A stretch of 64,000 bases of DNA from Mobula hypostoma (taxonomy: Eukaryota). Where the stretch lies: contig NC_086108.1 in NCBI RefSeq assembly GCF_963921235.1, positions 103,914,001-103,978,000 of the forward strand. Reading direction: 5' to 3'. Made by a program: the position numbers and the translations under genes. Below the pieces are notes generated by a model. It saw only the letters and a list, made by a program, of their open reading frames with translations. It was not told the origin of the DNA and made no database searches. This document shows positions 50,194 to 64,000 of the stretch, in pieces (position 1 is the stretch's first letter; every line of letters begins with the position of its first letter).

Positions 50194-51084
50194 GGGACAG
50201 GGGAGGCGATACCTACCGAATGTCAGACAATTTGTGACTCTCAAATATCCTTCATGCAGATGTACTCTTTTGTAAACGGTTTAACTTCTGCTCAAATGTA
50301 TGGAATTTTCTGATACTATTTAAAAAATTAACTTTCAAACAAAATGCTGTGTTTATTTTCCTTCCTTGGCTTCAGAAATGAGCGATTTTGTAGAAATGGT
50401 ATTTCCTAATGTGGTGCATTTCATCATGAATCGAATAAGTACTGACTTGTCTTCTAACAGGATCAACAGAATAAGCACTAACCCAAAACCATAAGTGACC
50501 CGTTTCCAGATCATAAAGTATAGGAGCAGAACTGGGCCATTTGGCCCATTGAGTCTGCTCCACCATTTCATCATGGCTGATCCATTTTCCTCTCAGCCCT
50601 AATCTCCTATCTTCTCCTCATATCCCTTCATGCCCAGACTAATCAAGAACCTATCAACCTCTACCTTAAATATACCTAAGGACATGGCCTCCACAGCTGC
50701 CTGTGGCAGAGAATTCCACAGATTCACCACCATTTGGTTAAGAAATTTCTCCTCCTCTCCATTCTAATAGGACATCCTCGATTCTGAGACTATGTCCTCC
50801 GGTTCTAGGCTTCCCCACCATAAGAAACATCCTCTTCACATCCACTCCATCGAGGAAACCTTTCACCATTTGGTAGGTTTCAATTGGATCACCCCTCGTT
50901 CTTCTGAATTCCTGTGAGTGGAGGCCCAGAGCCATCAAACACTCTTCATATGACAAGCCTTTCAATCCTGGAATCATTTCCGTGAATCTCCCTTAAAGCC
51001 TCTCCAATTTCAGCACATCCTTACTTGGATAAGGGGCCCAAAACTGCTCACAATGCTCCAAATGAGGCCTCACCAATGCTTTAT

Positions 51085-54000
51085 TATGATGTAGTGGCCA
51101 TTACAGAGACTTGGCTGGCACCAGGGCAGGAATGGATTCTCAATATTCCTGGATTTCAGTGCTTTAAAAGGGATAGAGAGGGGGGAAAAGGGGTGGAGAG
51201 GTGGCATTACTGGTAAGGGACACTATTACAGCTACAGAATGGGTGGGTAATGTAGTAGGATCCTCTTTTGAGTCAGTATGGGTAGAAGTCAGGAACAGGA
51301 AGGGAGCAGTTACTCTATTGGGAGTATTCTATAGGCCCCCTGGTAGCAGCAGAGATACCAAGGAGCAGATTGGGAGGCAGATTTTGGTAAGGTGCAAAAA
51401 TAACAGGGTTGTTATCATGGGTGACTTAAACTTCCCTAATTTTGATTGGCACCTGATTAGTTCCAAGGGTTTAGATGGGGCAGAGTTCGTCAAGTGTGTC
51501 CAGCATGAATTCCTGTCACAGTATGTGGACAGGCCGACCGGGGGAATGCCATACTAGATCTAGTACCAGGTAATGAACCGAGTCAGGTCACAGATCTCTC
51601 AGTGGGTGAGCATCTGGGGGACAGCGACCACCGTTCCTTGGTCTTTAGCATTATCATGGAAAAGAATAGAATCAGAGAGGACAGGAAAATTTTTAATTGG
51701 GGAAGGGCAAATTATGAGGCTATAAGGCTAGAGCTTGCGGGTGTGAATTGGGATGATGTTTTTGCAGGGAAATGTACTATGGACATGTGGTCGATGTTTA
51801 GCGATCTCTTGCAGGATGTTAGGGATAACTTTGTCCTGGTGAGGAAAATAAAGAATGGTAGGGTGAAGGAACCATGGGTGACAAGTGAGGTGGAAAATCT
51901 AGTCAGGTGGAAGATGGCAGCATACATGAGGTTTAGGAAGCAAAGATCAGATGGGTCTATTGAGGAATATAGGATAGCAAGAAAGGAGCTTAATAAGGGG
52001 CTGAGAAGAGCAAGAAGGAGGCATGAGAAGGCCTTGGTGAGTAGGGTAAAGGAAAACCCCAAGGTATTCTTCAATTATGTGAAAAACAAAAGGATGACAG
52101 GAGTGAAGGTAGGATTGATTAGAGATAAAGGTGGGAAGATATGCCTGGAGGCTGTGGAAGTGAGCGAGGTCCTCAATGAATACTTCTCTTTGGTATTCAC
52201 CAATGAGAGGGAACTTGATGGCAGTGAGGACAATATGAATGAGGTTGATGTTCTGGAGCATGTTGATATTAAGGGAGAAGAGGTGTTGGAGTTATTAAAA
52301 TACATTAGGACAGATAAGTCCCTGGGGCCTGATGGAATATTCCCCCGGCTGCTCCACGAGGCGAGAGAAGAGATTGCTGAGCCTCTGGCTAGGATCTTTA
52401 TGTCTTCGTTGTCCACGGGAATGTTACCGGCCGATTGGAGGGAGGCAAATGTTGTCCCCTTGTTCAAAAAAGGTAGTAGGGATAGTCCAGGTAATTATAG
52501 ACCAGTGAGCCTTACGTCTGTGGTGGGAAAGCTGTTGGAAAAGATTCTTAGAGATAGGATCTATAGGCATTTAGAGAATCATGGTCTGATCAGGGACAGT
52601 CAGCATGGCTTTGTGAAGGGCAGATCGTGTCTAACAAGCCTGGTAGAGTTCTTTGAGGAGGTGACCAGGCATTTAGATGAGGGGTAGTGCAGTGGATGTG
52701 ATCTACATGGGTTTTGGTAAGGCATTTGACAAGGTTCCACACGGTAGGCTTATTCAGAAAGTCAGAAGGCACGGGATCCAGGGAAGTCTGGCCAGGTGGA
52801 TTCAGGATTAGCTTGCCTGCAGAAAGCAGAGGGTCGTGGTGGAGGGAGTACATTCAGATTGGAGGGTTGTGACTCGTGGTGCCCCACAAGGATCGGTTCT
52901 GGGACCTCTACCTTTTGTGATTTTTATTAATGACCTGGATGTGGGGGTAGAAGGGTGGGTTGGCAAGTTTGCAGACAACACAAAGGTTGGTGGTGTTGTA
53001 GATAGTATAGAGCATTGTTGAAGATTGCAGAGAGACATTGATAGGTTGTAGAAGTGGGCTGAGAAGTGGCAGATGGAGTTCAACCCAGAGAAGTGTGAGG
53101 TGGTACACTTTGGAAGGACAAAATCCAAGGCAGAGTACAAAGTAAATGGCAGGATATTTGGTAGTTTGGAGGAGCAGAGGGATCTGGGGGTACAAGAAGA
53201 TTGAGGGGGGATCTTATTGAAACGTATAAAATTTTAAAGGGATTGGACAGGCTAGATGTAGGAAGATTGTTCCTGATGTTGGGGAAGTCCAGAACGAAGG
53301 TCCACAGTTTGATGATAAAGGGGAAGCCTTTTAGGACCGAGATGAGGAAAAACTTCTTCACACAGAGAGTGGTGAATCTGTGGAATTCTCTGCCACGGGA
53401 AACAGTTGAGGCCAGTTCATTGGCTATATTTAAGAGGGAGTTAGATAAGGCCCTTGTGGCTAAAGGGATCAGGGGGTATGGAGAGAAGGCAGGTACAGGG
53501 TTCAGAGTTGGATGATCAGCCATGATCGTACTGAATGGCGCTGCAGGCTCGAAGGGCAGAATGGCCTACTCCTGCAGCTATTTTCTATGTTTCTATGTCC
53601 ACAGATCCCTGAAAGTTGCCTCGCAGGTAGATAGGGCAGTTAAGAAAGCTTATGGAGTGTTAGCTTTCATAAGTCGAGGGATAGAGTTTAAGAATTGCGG
53701 GTAATGATGCAGCTCTATAAAACTCTGGTTAGGCCACACTTGGAGTACTGTGTCCAGTTCTGGTCGCCTCACTATAGGAAGGATGTGGAAGCATTGGAAA
53801 GGGTACAGAGGAGATTTACCAGGATGCTGCCTGGTTTAGAGAGTATAGATTATGGTCGGAGATTAAGGGAGCTAGGGCTTTACTCTTTGGAGAGAAGGAG
53901 GATGAGAGGAGACATGATAGAGATATACAAGATAATAAGAGGAATAGATATAGATAGCCAGTGCCTCTTCCCCAGGGCACCACTGCTCAATACAAGGGGA

Positions 54001-54257
54001 CATAGCTTTAAGGTAAGGGGTGGGAAGTTCAAGGGGGATATTAGAGGAAGGTTTTTCACTCAGAGAGTGGTTGGTGCATGGAATACACTGCCTGAGTTAG
54101 TAGTGGAGGCAGATACACTAGTGAAATTTAAGAGACTGCTAGACAGGTATATGGAGGAATTTAAGGTGGGGGCTTATATGGGAGGCAGGGTTTGAGGGTC
54201 GGCACAACAACGTGGGCCGAAGGACCTGTACTGTGCTGTACTTTTCTATGTTCTATG
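51085..54257 (+). mobile_element. CR1-type LINE, nearly complete but disrupted ORF2 (APE endonuclease plus RT), with a nested CR1 3' fragment at about 53195-53595
   Basis: Motifs [46 protein letters not shown] and FADNTK are present, with a (TTCTATG)n tail. TTTAT is repeated at 51080-84 and 54258-62, within an older antisense CR1. Confidence 0.93.
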
Positions 54258-56124
54258 TTTATAAAGGCTCAACATTACATGCTTGCTCGGATTAATTCAT
54301 GTAGCACCCAGCCACTGCATAGCAAAAGGACTTGAAGGAAAATATTTTCAAAAAACTGCTGCCAAGCAAGTAGATATACAAGCAGATGACCAAGCATTTG
54401 GTCAAACTGTAAAGTAAGTTCTCAGAAGAGTCTTAGAGAAGGAGTAATATATAGCAATGTGGGTGGACTTTGGGAAGAAATTCCAGAGCTTAAGACCTTA
54501 GTCACGAGTGGATGAGCAAAATGCTGAAGCAGGTCCAGCAATATGGTTGTGAAGCAGAAAAGTAAGGGATGGGCAAGGTAATGGATGGAGTTGAAAATTA
54601 AAACTTCTGAAATTCAGGAACTACTTAACTGGAGCCAGTGTAAGTCAACAAGCACAGATTCGTGAATGAGACTTGGTACATGAAACCGTGAACTTTTGGG
54701 TGCCTTCACTCTGTCTACTACACCAGGTGGGAATTTTGATTTTAATTCCACGTCCCATTCCCAATCTGACATGGCCTCTACTGCCACAATGAGGCCACTT
54801 TGAAAACTGTTGCAGTGCTGTGCATTGAGGACCAACGATGATCAAAAATGACATTTATAACTGCTACTATTTCATTCAGCAGATCAGACACTGAACTAAC
54901 AAATAAAGAAAAACCCTGTGTGGTTAGAAAAAGACAAAACTATTGCATTGTATAAGTCATTGAAGAACATGAGAAGTAGGAGTTGGCCATCTGGTCCATT
55001 AAACCTGCTCTGCCATTCAATAAGCTCACGGCTGATCGAGTCATGGACTTGGCTCCATCTGCCTTTTCCCCACAAACCCTCAATTCCCCTGCTATGCAAA
55101 AATCTGTGTCTAACTCATCGTTGTCCAAAACTAATTCCTCTGAATCCTGAGGCTACATCCCCTCATAGTGGTTTCACTTACCAGAGGAAACACCTGAATC
55201 TGTCTTGTGCATCCCTTTAATAATTATATACATTTCTATAGGCTCCTCTCTCATGTTTCTGCATTCTAATGGTTATGGTCCTCTGCAACTAAATGTTTCC
55301 ACATAACACCCCCCACACCCCACCTCCTCTGCAAAGCAAATACACCTTCCTCAAATGAAGAGACCAGAACTGCAAGCATGACTTCACCAGTACTCTGCAC
55401 AGCTGTAGCATAACCTCGCTGCCCTTAAACTCAAACCCTCTAGAAATGAAGGACAGCATTCCATTTTCCTGCTTGATAACCTGTTGCACCTGCAAACCAA
55501 TCTTATGATTTATGTACCAGCACACCCAAGTCCCTCTACACAACAGCATGCAGCGATTTTTCACTATTTACATAATAATCTGGTGTTTTAATTTTCCTTC
55601 CAAAGTGGATGGCCTTGCAAGGACCATGTTCTACTCCATTTGCCAAACCGTTGTCCGCTCACTTAACCCATCTATTGTTTGTATCCACTGCACAATTTGC
55701 TTTTGCGCTGAATTTGGTGTTATCAGCAAATTTGAAGATTTAAAGATTAGTATTATTTGTCACATGTACATCAAAACACGTGTCATTTGCATTTACAATC
55801 AACACAGTCCGAGGATGGCCCGGGGCAAGCCTGCAATTAGCGCCATGATTCCAGTGCCAGCATAGCAAACCCCCAACTTAATCCTAACCCGCATGTTTTT
55901 GGCGTGTGGCTGCAAACTGGAGCACCTGCAGGAAACTCTCTCAGTCACGGGTAGAAAGTACAAAACTTTTTACAGAGAGTAGTGGGAACTGAACCGTCAT
56001 CTGATAGCAGGTTCCCTCTTCCAGTTCATTGCTGTATATCATGAACAGTTGTAGGCCCACCACTGATCCTTTGGCTTTATATTCATTACTGCCAATCAGA
56101 GAAACACCCATTTATTCCAACTCA

Positions 56125-58790
56125 CAAGCACCAGAGATGCTGGAAAACCAGAGCAGCACACAAAATACTGGAGGAACTCAGCAGGCCAGGCAGCAGCTGT
56201 GGAAATGAATAAACAGTCGACATTTTGGGTTGAGACCCTTGTTCAGGATTGGAAAGGAAGACTGCAGAAGCCAGAATAAGAAGATGGTGGGCGGGGAAGG
56301 GGGACAAGCTGGAAGGTGATGGGTGAAGCCAAGTGGGTGGGGGATGAAGTAAGAAGCTGGGAGTTGAGGAGTGGAAAATGCAAAGGGCTGAAGAAGAAGG
56401 AATCTGATCAGAGAGGAGAGTGAACCATAGGAGAAAGGAAAGGAGGATGGGCATCAGGGAGAGATGATAGGTGGCTGAGGAGAAGAGATAAGAGCCCAGT
56501 GTGGGGAAATGAAGTAGTGAGAATGGGGAGGAGCAAAAATTATTGGAAATTAGAGAAATCGATGTTCATGCCATCAGATTAGAGGCTACCTAGATGGAAT
56601 CAGGTATTACTCCTCCAACCTTAGAGTGGCTTCATCAATGGCAGAAGAGGACTAACATGTTGGAACTGGAATAGGCATAGGAATTTCCACTTTTTGCTGC
56701 TGGACTGAGCTGCTTGACAAAGCAGTCCCCAATCTATGTTGGGTCTCACCAATGTATAGCAGGGCACATCGTGAGCACTGGATGCAGTAGATGACTCCAA
56801 CAGATTGCAGGTGAAGTGTTGCCTCATCTGGAAGGACTTTTTGGGGCCCTGAATGGAGGTGAGGGAGGAGGGAAATGGTCAGGTGTGGTACTTTTGCCAC
56901 TTGCAGGGATAAGTGCCTGGAGGGAGATTCCTGGGGTGGGATGGATGGACAAGGGAATCACAGAGGGATACCTGCAGAAAGGGTAGAGTGGGAAGAGGTA
57001 AAGATGTGTTTGATGACAGGGTCCCATTAAAAATGGCAGAATTTGGGGAGAATAGTGGTTGAAGTCTCATGGGGTGGTATATGAGGATAAGAAGAACTCT
57101 ATCACTGTTAAGACAGAGGGAAGATAGAGTGAGCACAGATGCTTGGTAAATAGAGGAGATGCAGGTAAGGGCAAGATCAATGGTGCAGGAAGGGAAACCT
57201 CGTTCTTTGAAGGAAGAGGACATCTCTGATGTCCTGGAAAAGAAAGCCTCATCCGTGGAACAGATGGGGCTGAGACAAAGGAACTGAGAAAAAGAATAGC
57301 ATTTTTACAGGAAATAGATTGGGAAGAGGAATAATCAAGATATCTGTTGGAATTGGTTGGTTTATAAACGATATTGGTAGATGATTTGTCTCCAGTGGTG
57401 GAGACCGTGAGATTAAGAAAGGGAAGAAATGTGTCAGAAATGAACCGAGTGAATCCCAAGTCTGGAAGTTGAAGGCAAAGTTGATGCAATTAACAAGCTC
57501 AGCATGGGTGCACGAAGCAGCACGGATGCAGTCATCAATGTAGCGCAGAAAGAGTTGGGGAGCATTACCAGAGAAGACTTGTAACTTGGACTGTTCCACG
57601 TTGCCAATGAAAAGGCAGGCAAAGCTGGGGCCGATGCAGGTACATGTGGCTACACCTTGAGTCTGGAGAAAGTAGGAGGAAATGAAAGAGAAATTGTTGA
57701 GAGTGAGGACCAGTTCTGCCAGGATTGTGGTGGAGGGAATCTGGTTGGATCTGTTGTCAAGAAAGAAGTGGAAAGCTTCAAGATCACACCCACAAGCTCA
57801 GCAGGTCAGACAGCATCTTTGGAAATAAATAAACAAGCGATGCTTCAGGCCGAGACCCTTCTTCAGGACTGGATAGGAAGGGGGAAGATGCCAGAATAAA
57901 AAGGTGGGAGAGGGGAAGGAGGACGATAGGAGAAGCCAGGTGGGTGGGAAAGGTAAAGGGGTGGAGAGGAAAGAATCTGATAGGAGAGTAGAGTGGACCA
58001 TAGGAGAAAGGGAAGAAGAAGGGGCACCATGGGAGGTGATAGGCAAGAGGCCAGAGTGGGAATAGAATAGGGAAGGAAAAAAAATACTGGAAGGTGAAAT
58101 CAATGTTCATGCCATCAGTTTAGGGGCTACACTAGAGGGAATAGGAGGTGCTGCTCCTCCACTCTAAGAGTGGCCTCAGTGTGGTAAAACTGCTTTAAAG
58201 GTCTTCTTGATGGGAGATAATAGTCCATAGGGACTGGACATCCATAATGAAAATGAGACAATAAGGCCCAGGGAATTGGAAGTTGTTGAGGAGATTGAGA
58301 ACACATGAAGTATCTTCGATGTACAGTAGGTGGGAAGGGACTGAACCGAGAGATAAAATGGAGTCAAGCTATGTAGACACAATTGAGTGGGCCGGGAGTA
58401 GGCAGAGACAATAGGCCTACCTGGACAGTTAGGTTTGTAGGTCTTGGGTAGGAAGTAGAAATGAGCAGTGTCGGGTAAGGGAACTATGAGGTTGGTGGCT
58501 GTGGATGGAAGATCTCCAGAGTTGATGAGGTTGGTGATGGTGTCAGAGACAATGTCCTGATAGTTCTGGTAGAGGTCAGTCCACCACATTACAACAACAC
58601 CCCCTTGGCGGGTTTGATGGTAAGGTTGGGATTGGAGCGGAGAGAGTGGAGGGCAGTGCATCCTGAGGGGGTAAGGTTCGGAGAGGAGAGAGGAATGCTG
58701 AAGTCGAGCCAGTTGATGTATTATTGGCAATTAGAGATGAAAAACTCCAGAGCAGGCAGAGGACAAGAAAGGGCTGTCCAAGAGAGGAGG
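56125..58790 (-). mobile_element. Cluster of degenerate Penelope-like fragments, including two terminal repeats
   Basis: Minus-strand motifs FYFLPKTYKPNCPGRPIVS, FLRYIDDCI and GVIYCIQCSRCALLYIGETQ. Decayed hammerheads lie at 56214-56250 and 57836-57871. Confidence 0.85.
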
Positions 58791-60685
58791 AGGGTTGGAG
58801 TTGGAAGAAGGGGCCATCAGTGTGGGGTGGGGAATTCTTGCCAAAGAAGTGGGCTCTGAGATGGAGGCGATGGAAGAAGTGCTTGGTGTTTTGTGTGCGT
58901 GTTGTTTATCCCATGCATCTGCCTTTGATTCGTTACCCATTCCTCTATCCATGCTAATATATTATTCTGAACTCTGTGCATCCTTATAGATAAATCTTTT
59001 ATGCAGAAAGTTAACGAATGCCATCTGGAAATGCATGCACACAACATCCATCTGTTTCCCTCTATCCACTCTACTCATTATATCCTCAAAGAACTTCAGT
59101 AGGTTTGTCAAACAGGATCTGCCTATGTTGTGTATGCCTGATGGAACCACTTCTATCCAGATGTCTCACTATTTCTTCCTTACAACAACTTCGAGCATTT
59201 TCCTGACTATTGAAGCTACAGCTAACTAGCCTATAGTTAACCACCTTATGCCTACATGCAGTTTTCTTTAAACAGCAGTGTGACTGTCTTCCAATCTGCC
59301 CCAGGACCTACTCAGATAACTTTGGTAACTTAGCACAACTGCATGTACTGGAACTCCCGCCATTTCTTTCAGTACCCTGGGATGAGACATCATACAACAG
59401 AGTCTTTTATTAATGGTTATGGAGGATAAATATTAGCTCCAACTCCAGGAGAAATACCAATTCTTAAGATAATGTCTTAAGACGTACTGTAGGAGCAGAT
59501 TTAGGCCATTTGACCCATCAAGACTACTCCACCATTCCATTGTGGCTGATTTATCTCTCTCAACCTTATTGTCCTACCTTCTCCTTGTAACCTGATACCA
59601 TGATTAATCAAGAAGCTAACAATCTGCTTTAAATGTACCCAATGACTTGGCCTCTACAGCCCTTTGTGGCAATTAATTCTGCCCTCTGGCTAAAGGACTT
59701 CCTCATCTCTCTTCTAAATGGACATCCCTCTATTCTGAGGCTGTGCATTATAAGAAACATCCTCTCCACATCCACTCTCTCTAGGTCTTTCAATATTTGA
59801 TAGGTTTCAATGAGATTTCCCCTCATTCTTTTAAACTCCAGCGAGTACAGGTCCAGAGATTCCTTATACATTAACCTTTTATTCCTGGGATCATTCTCGT
59901 GAACCCCCTCTGGACTCTCTCCAATGTTACCACATCTTTTCTTAGATGGAGGGTCAAAACTGCTCACAATACTCCGAGTGCAGTCTGACCAATGCCTTAT
60001 AAAGACTCAGCATTACATTGTTGCTTTTATATTCTAGTCCTCTCGAAATAAATGCTAACATTGCATTTGCTTTCCATACCAATGACTCAACGTGCAAGTT
60101 CACCTTTAGGGAATCTTGCAAAAGGACTCCTAAGTCACTTTGAGAGGTGAGATGAAATGTTAGCTTAGAATCTGCATTCAAATCTCTGGAGGGATTGTAC
60201 TTATGACTATCTTTATTGGTGAATACTGAGTAGATGCATTTGATATTGAGCAACTATGAAAATTACAACAGGCAACCTTGAACAGAATTTCAGATGTGAT
60301 AGCCTCAAAAGGAGTCAGCAGCTGGGCAGCAGAACTAGACATAGTTATCTTGGGTAAGGTGGTGGAAGATTGTTACCCAGCTGAAAGCTGTTGACACAAT
60401 CAAAATGCATCAAAAATTAGCTGCAGTGATACCATCAGACTCTTGCACAAGGAATTGTGCAGTATGGAGTGTGATCAGGAAAATAGCACTATTTAAATGG
60501 AAAAGTGAATTTAAAATATAATGCAATATGGGTTACAATAACTACCCTAGAGTTTAAGCAAATTCTTCTCTTAGCTAGTTGAAAGAGTAGACCAGGGTTA
60601 GAGTGGTCTGGCTTTGGCTCAACTCACGAGAACACACTTGGGCAAGGCTCTGAAGAGTCGAGTAAGCTTTCGCCCCCCCTTCTGT

Positions 60686-63600
60686 TAACCATATAACAAT
60701 TACAGCATGGCAACTGGCCATCTCGGCCCTACTAGTCCGTGCCGAACTCTTACTCTCACCTAGTCCCACTGACCTGCACTCAGCCCATAACCCTCCATTC
60801 CTTTCCTGTCCATATATCTATCCAATTTAACTTTAAATGACAACATCGAACCTGCCTCAACCACTCCTGCTGGAAGCTCATTCCACACAGCTACCACTCT
60901 CTGAGTAAAGAAGTTCCCCCTCATGTTACCCCTAAACTTTTGCCCTTTAACTCTCAACTCATGTCCTCTTGTTTGAATCTCCCCCACTCTCAATGGAAAA
61001 AGCCTATCCACATCAACTCTATATATCCCCCTCATAATTTTAAATACCTCTATCAAGTCCCCCCTCAACCTTCTACGCTCCAAAGAATAGAGACCTAACT
61101 TGTTCAACCTTTCTCTGTAACTTAGGAGATGAAACCCAGGCAACATTTTAGCAAATCTCCTCTGTACTCTCTCAATTTTATTGACATCTTTCCTATAATT
61201 CGGTGACCAGAACTGTACACAATACTCCAAATTTGGCCTCACCAATGCCTTATACAATTTCAACATTACATCCGAACTCCTATACTCAATGCTGTGATTT
61301 ATAAAGGCCAGCATACCAAAAGCTCTCTTCACCACCCTATCCACATGAGATTCCACCTTCAGGGAACTATGCACCATTATTCCCAGATCCCTCTGTTCTA
61401 CTGCATTCTTCAATGCCCTACCATTTACCATGTATGTCCTATTTCGATTAGTCCTACAAAAATGTAGCACCTCACATTTATCAGCATTAAATTCCATTTG
61501 CCATCTTTCAGCCCACTCTTCTAAGTGGTCTAAATCTCTCTGCAGGCTTTGAAAACCTACTTCATTATCCACAACTCCACTTATCTTCGTATCATCTGCA
61601 TACTTACTAATCCAATTTACCACCTCATCATCCAGATCATTAATATATATGACAAACAACATTGGACCCAGTACAGATCCCTGAGGCACACCACTAGACA
61701 CCGTCCTCCAATCTGACACACAGTTATCCACCACTATACTCTGGCGTCTCCCATCCAGCCACTGCTGAATCCATTTACAACTTCGATATTAATGCCTAAT
61801 GATTGAAACTTTCGAACTAACTTTCCGTGTGGAACCTTGTCAAAGGCCTTACTGAAGTCCATATAGACAACATCCACCACTTTACCCTCGTCAACTTTCC
61901 TAGTAACCTCTTCAAAAAATTCAATAAGATTTGTTAAAGATGACCTTCCACGCACAAATCCATGTTGACTGTTCCTAATCAGACCCTGTCTATCCAGATG
62001 GTTATATATACCATCTCTAAGAATACTTTCTAGCAATTTACCCACCACTGACGTCAAACTCACAGGTCGATAATTGCTAGGTTTACTCTTAGAACCCTTT
62101 TGAAACAATGGAACAACATGGAGCAATACGCCAACCCTCTGGCACCATCCCCGTTTCTAATGACATTTGAAATATTTCTGTCAGAGCCCCTGCTATTTCC
62201 ACACTAACTTCTCTCAAGGTCCTAGGGAATATCTTGTCTGGACCTAGAGACTTATCCACTTTTATATTCCTTAAAAGCGCCAGTACTTCCTCTTCTTTAA
62301 TCATGATACTTTCCATAACTACCCTTCTTGTTTCCTTTACCTTACACAATTCAATATCCTTCTCCTTAGTGAATACCAAAGAAAAGAAATTGTTCAAAAT
62401 CTCCCCCATCACTTTTGGCTCCGCACATAGTTGTCCACTCTGACTCTCTAAGGGACCAATTTTATCCCTCACTATCCTTTTGCTATTAATATAACTGTAG
62501 AAACCCTCTGGATTTTATTTTTACCTTACTTGCCAAAGCAGCCTCGTATCTTCTTTTAGCTTTTCTAATTTCTTTCTTAAGATTCTTTTTAGATTCTTTA
62601 TATTCCTTGAGCACCTCATTTACTCCAAGCTGCCTACATTTATTGTAGATCCCTCTCTTTTTCTGAACCAAGTTTCCAATATCCCTTGAAAACCATGGCT
62701 CTCTCAAACTTTTAACCTTACCTTTCAACCGAACAGGAACATAAAGATCCCGTACCCTCAAAATTTCACCTTTAAATGACCTCCATTTCTCTATTACATC
62801 CTTCCCATAAAACAAATTGTCCTAATTCACTCCTTCTAAATCCATTCGCATCTCCTCAAAGTTAGCCTTTCTCCAATCAAAAATCTCAACCCTGGGTCTA
62901 GTCCTATCCTTCTCCATAATTATATTGAAACTAATGGTATTGTGATCACTGGACCCGAAGTGCTCCCCAACACATACCTCCATCACCTGCCCTGTCTCAT
63001 TCCCTAACAGGAGATCCAACACTGCCCCTTCTCTAGTTGGTAACCCTATGTATTGCTGCAAAAAACTATCTTGCACACATTCGACAAAATCCAAACCATC
63101 CAGTCCTTTTACAGAATGGGCTTCCCAGTCAATGGGTGGAAAATTAAAACCTCCCACAATCACAACCTTGTGCTTACTACAAATATCTGCTATCTCCTTA
63201 CAAATTCGCTCCTCCAATTCTCACTCCCCATTAGGTGGTCCCCTATACACCCCTATAAGCATCACTACACCTTTCCCATCCCTCATTTCCACCCAAATAG
63301 CCTCCCCTAGATGAGTCCACTAATCTATCCTGCCAGAGCACCGCTGTTACATTTTCTGACAAGCAATGCAACACCTCCCCCTCTTGCCCCTCCTATTCTA
63401 TCACACCTGAAGCAACAAAATCTAGGAATATTTAGTTGCCAATCACACCCCTCCTGCAACCATGCTTCACTAACAACTACAACGTCATATTTCCAGGTAT
63501 CAATCCATGCTCTAAGCTCATCCATCTTTCTTACAATGCTCCTAGCATTAAAATAGATGCATTTAAGAAACTCTCCACTTCTTACTGTTTATCCTTAATG

Positions 63601-64000
63601 GAGCAAACAACTTTGTTATCTTTTTCTTCCTTCTCCCCTACATCTTCCGTCTGAGTACTCCTCATCTGTCCCCTGCCTATGCTCCCTCACACAGTCTACT
63701 AACTTTCTCTATTTGTGAACTAACCTCCTCTCTTAGTCTCTTCAATTTGATTCCCACCCCCCAACCATTCTAGTTTAAAGTCACCTCAGTAACCTTCGCA
63801 AATCTCCCCGCCAGGATATTGGTCCCCCTAGGATTCAAGTGCAATCCATCCTTTTTGTACAGGTCACACCTGCGCCAAAAGAAGTCCCAATGATCCAAAA
63901 CCTTGAATCCCCGCCCCCTGCTCCAATCCCTCAGCCACGCACTTATCCTCCACCTCATTGCATTCCTACTCTGTCGCGTGGCACAGGCAGTAATCCCGAG
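60686..64000 (-). mobile_element. CR1-type LINE running off the window end: ORF1 C-terminus (SGNH/esterase-like) and frameshifted full ORF2
   Basis: ORF1 has KKDGLHLNPRG. ORF2 has YDVVVVSEAWL, GGFNFP, SDHN, NYRPVSLTS, DFSKAFDKVPH, GVPQGSVLGP, YADDTK and FFTQRVVAVWNELP. Confidence 0.93.

Overview
Vertebrate genomic DNA. The repeat landscape (dense CR1, Penelope, Rex1/Babar-like LINE ends, HE1/V-SINE-like SINEs) suggests a cartilaginous fish, probably a ray; this is inference. The window holds almost all of one + strand gene, nexilin (NEXN). Ten exons match the mammalian protein (10243-49486). All have AG/GT boundaries and compatible phases, and they splice to 662 codons plus a stop, ending in an Ig I-set domain. 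The first coding exon was not located. Beyond the mammalian-type model I see a clean extra 69-nt in-frame exon (35487-35555), a weaker 51-nt candidate (21591-21641) and an alternative C-terminus (ESKS* or, by splicing, ETDDF*). The rest is mostly transposon debris: a young 5'-truncated L1 with a 17-bp TSD, a Penelope-like element with a 14-bp TSD, long CR1 copies, Tc1 derivatives with a third TIR, and hAT MITEs. The most notable non-coding signal is a minimal type I hammerhead ribozyme in the Penelope terminal repeat. Two core-intact copies lie in sense orientation inside NEXN introns (17096-17131, 27090-27125), and several decayed copies have lost the catalytic G through a CpG-type change.
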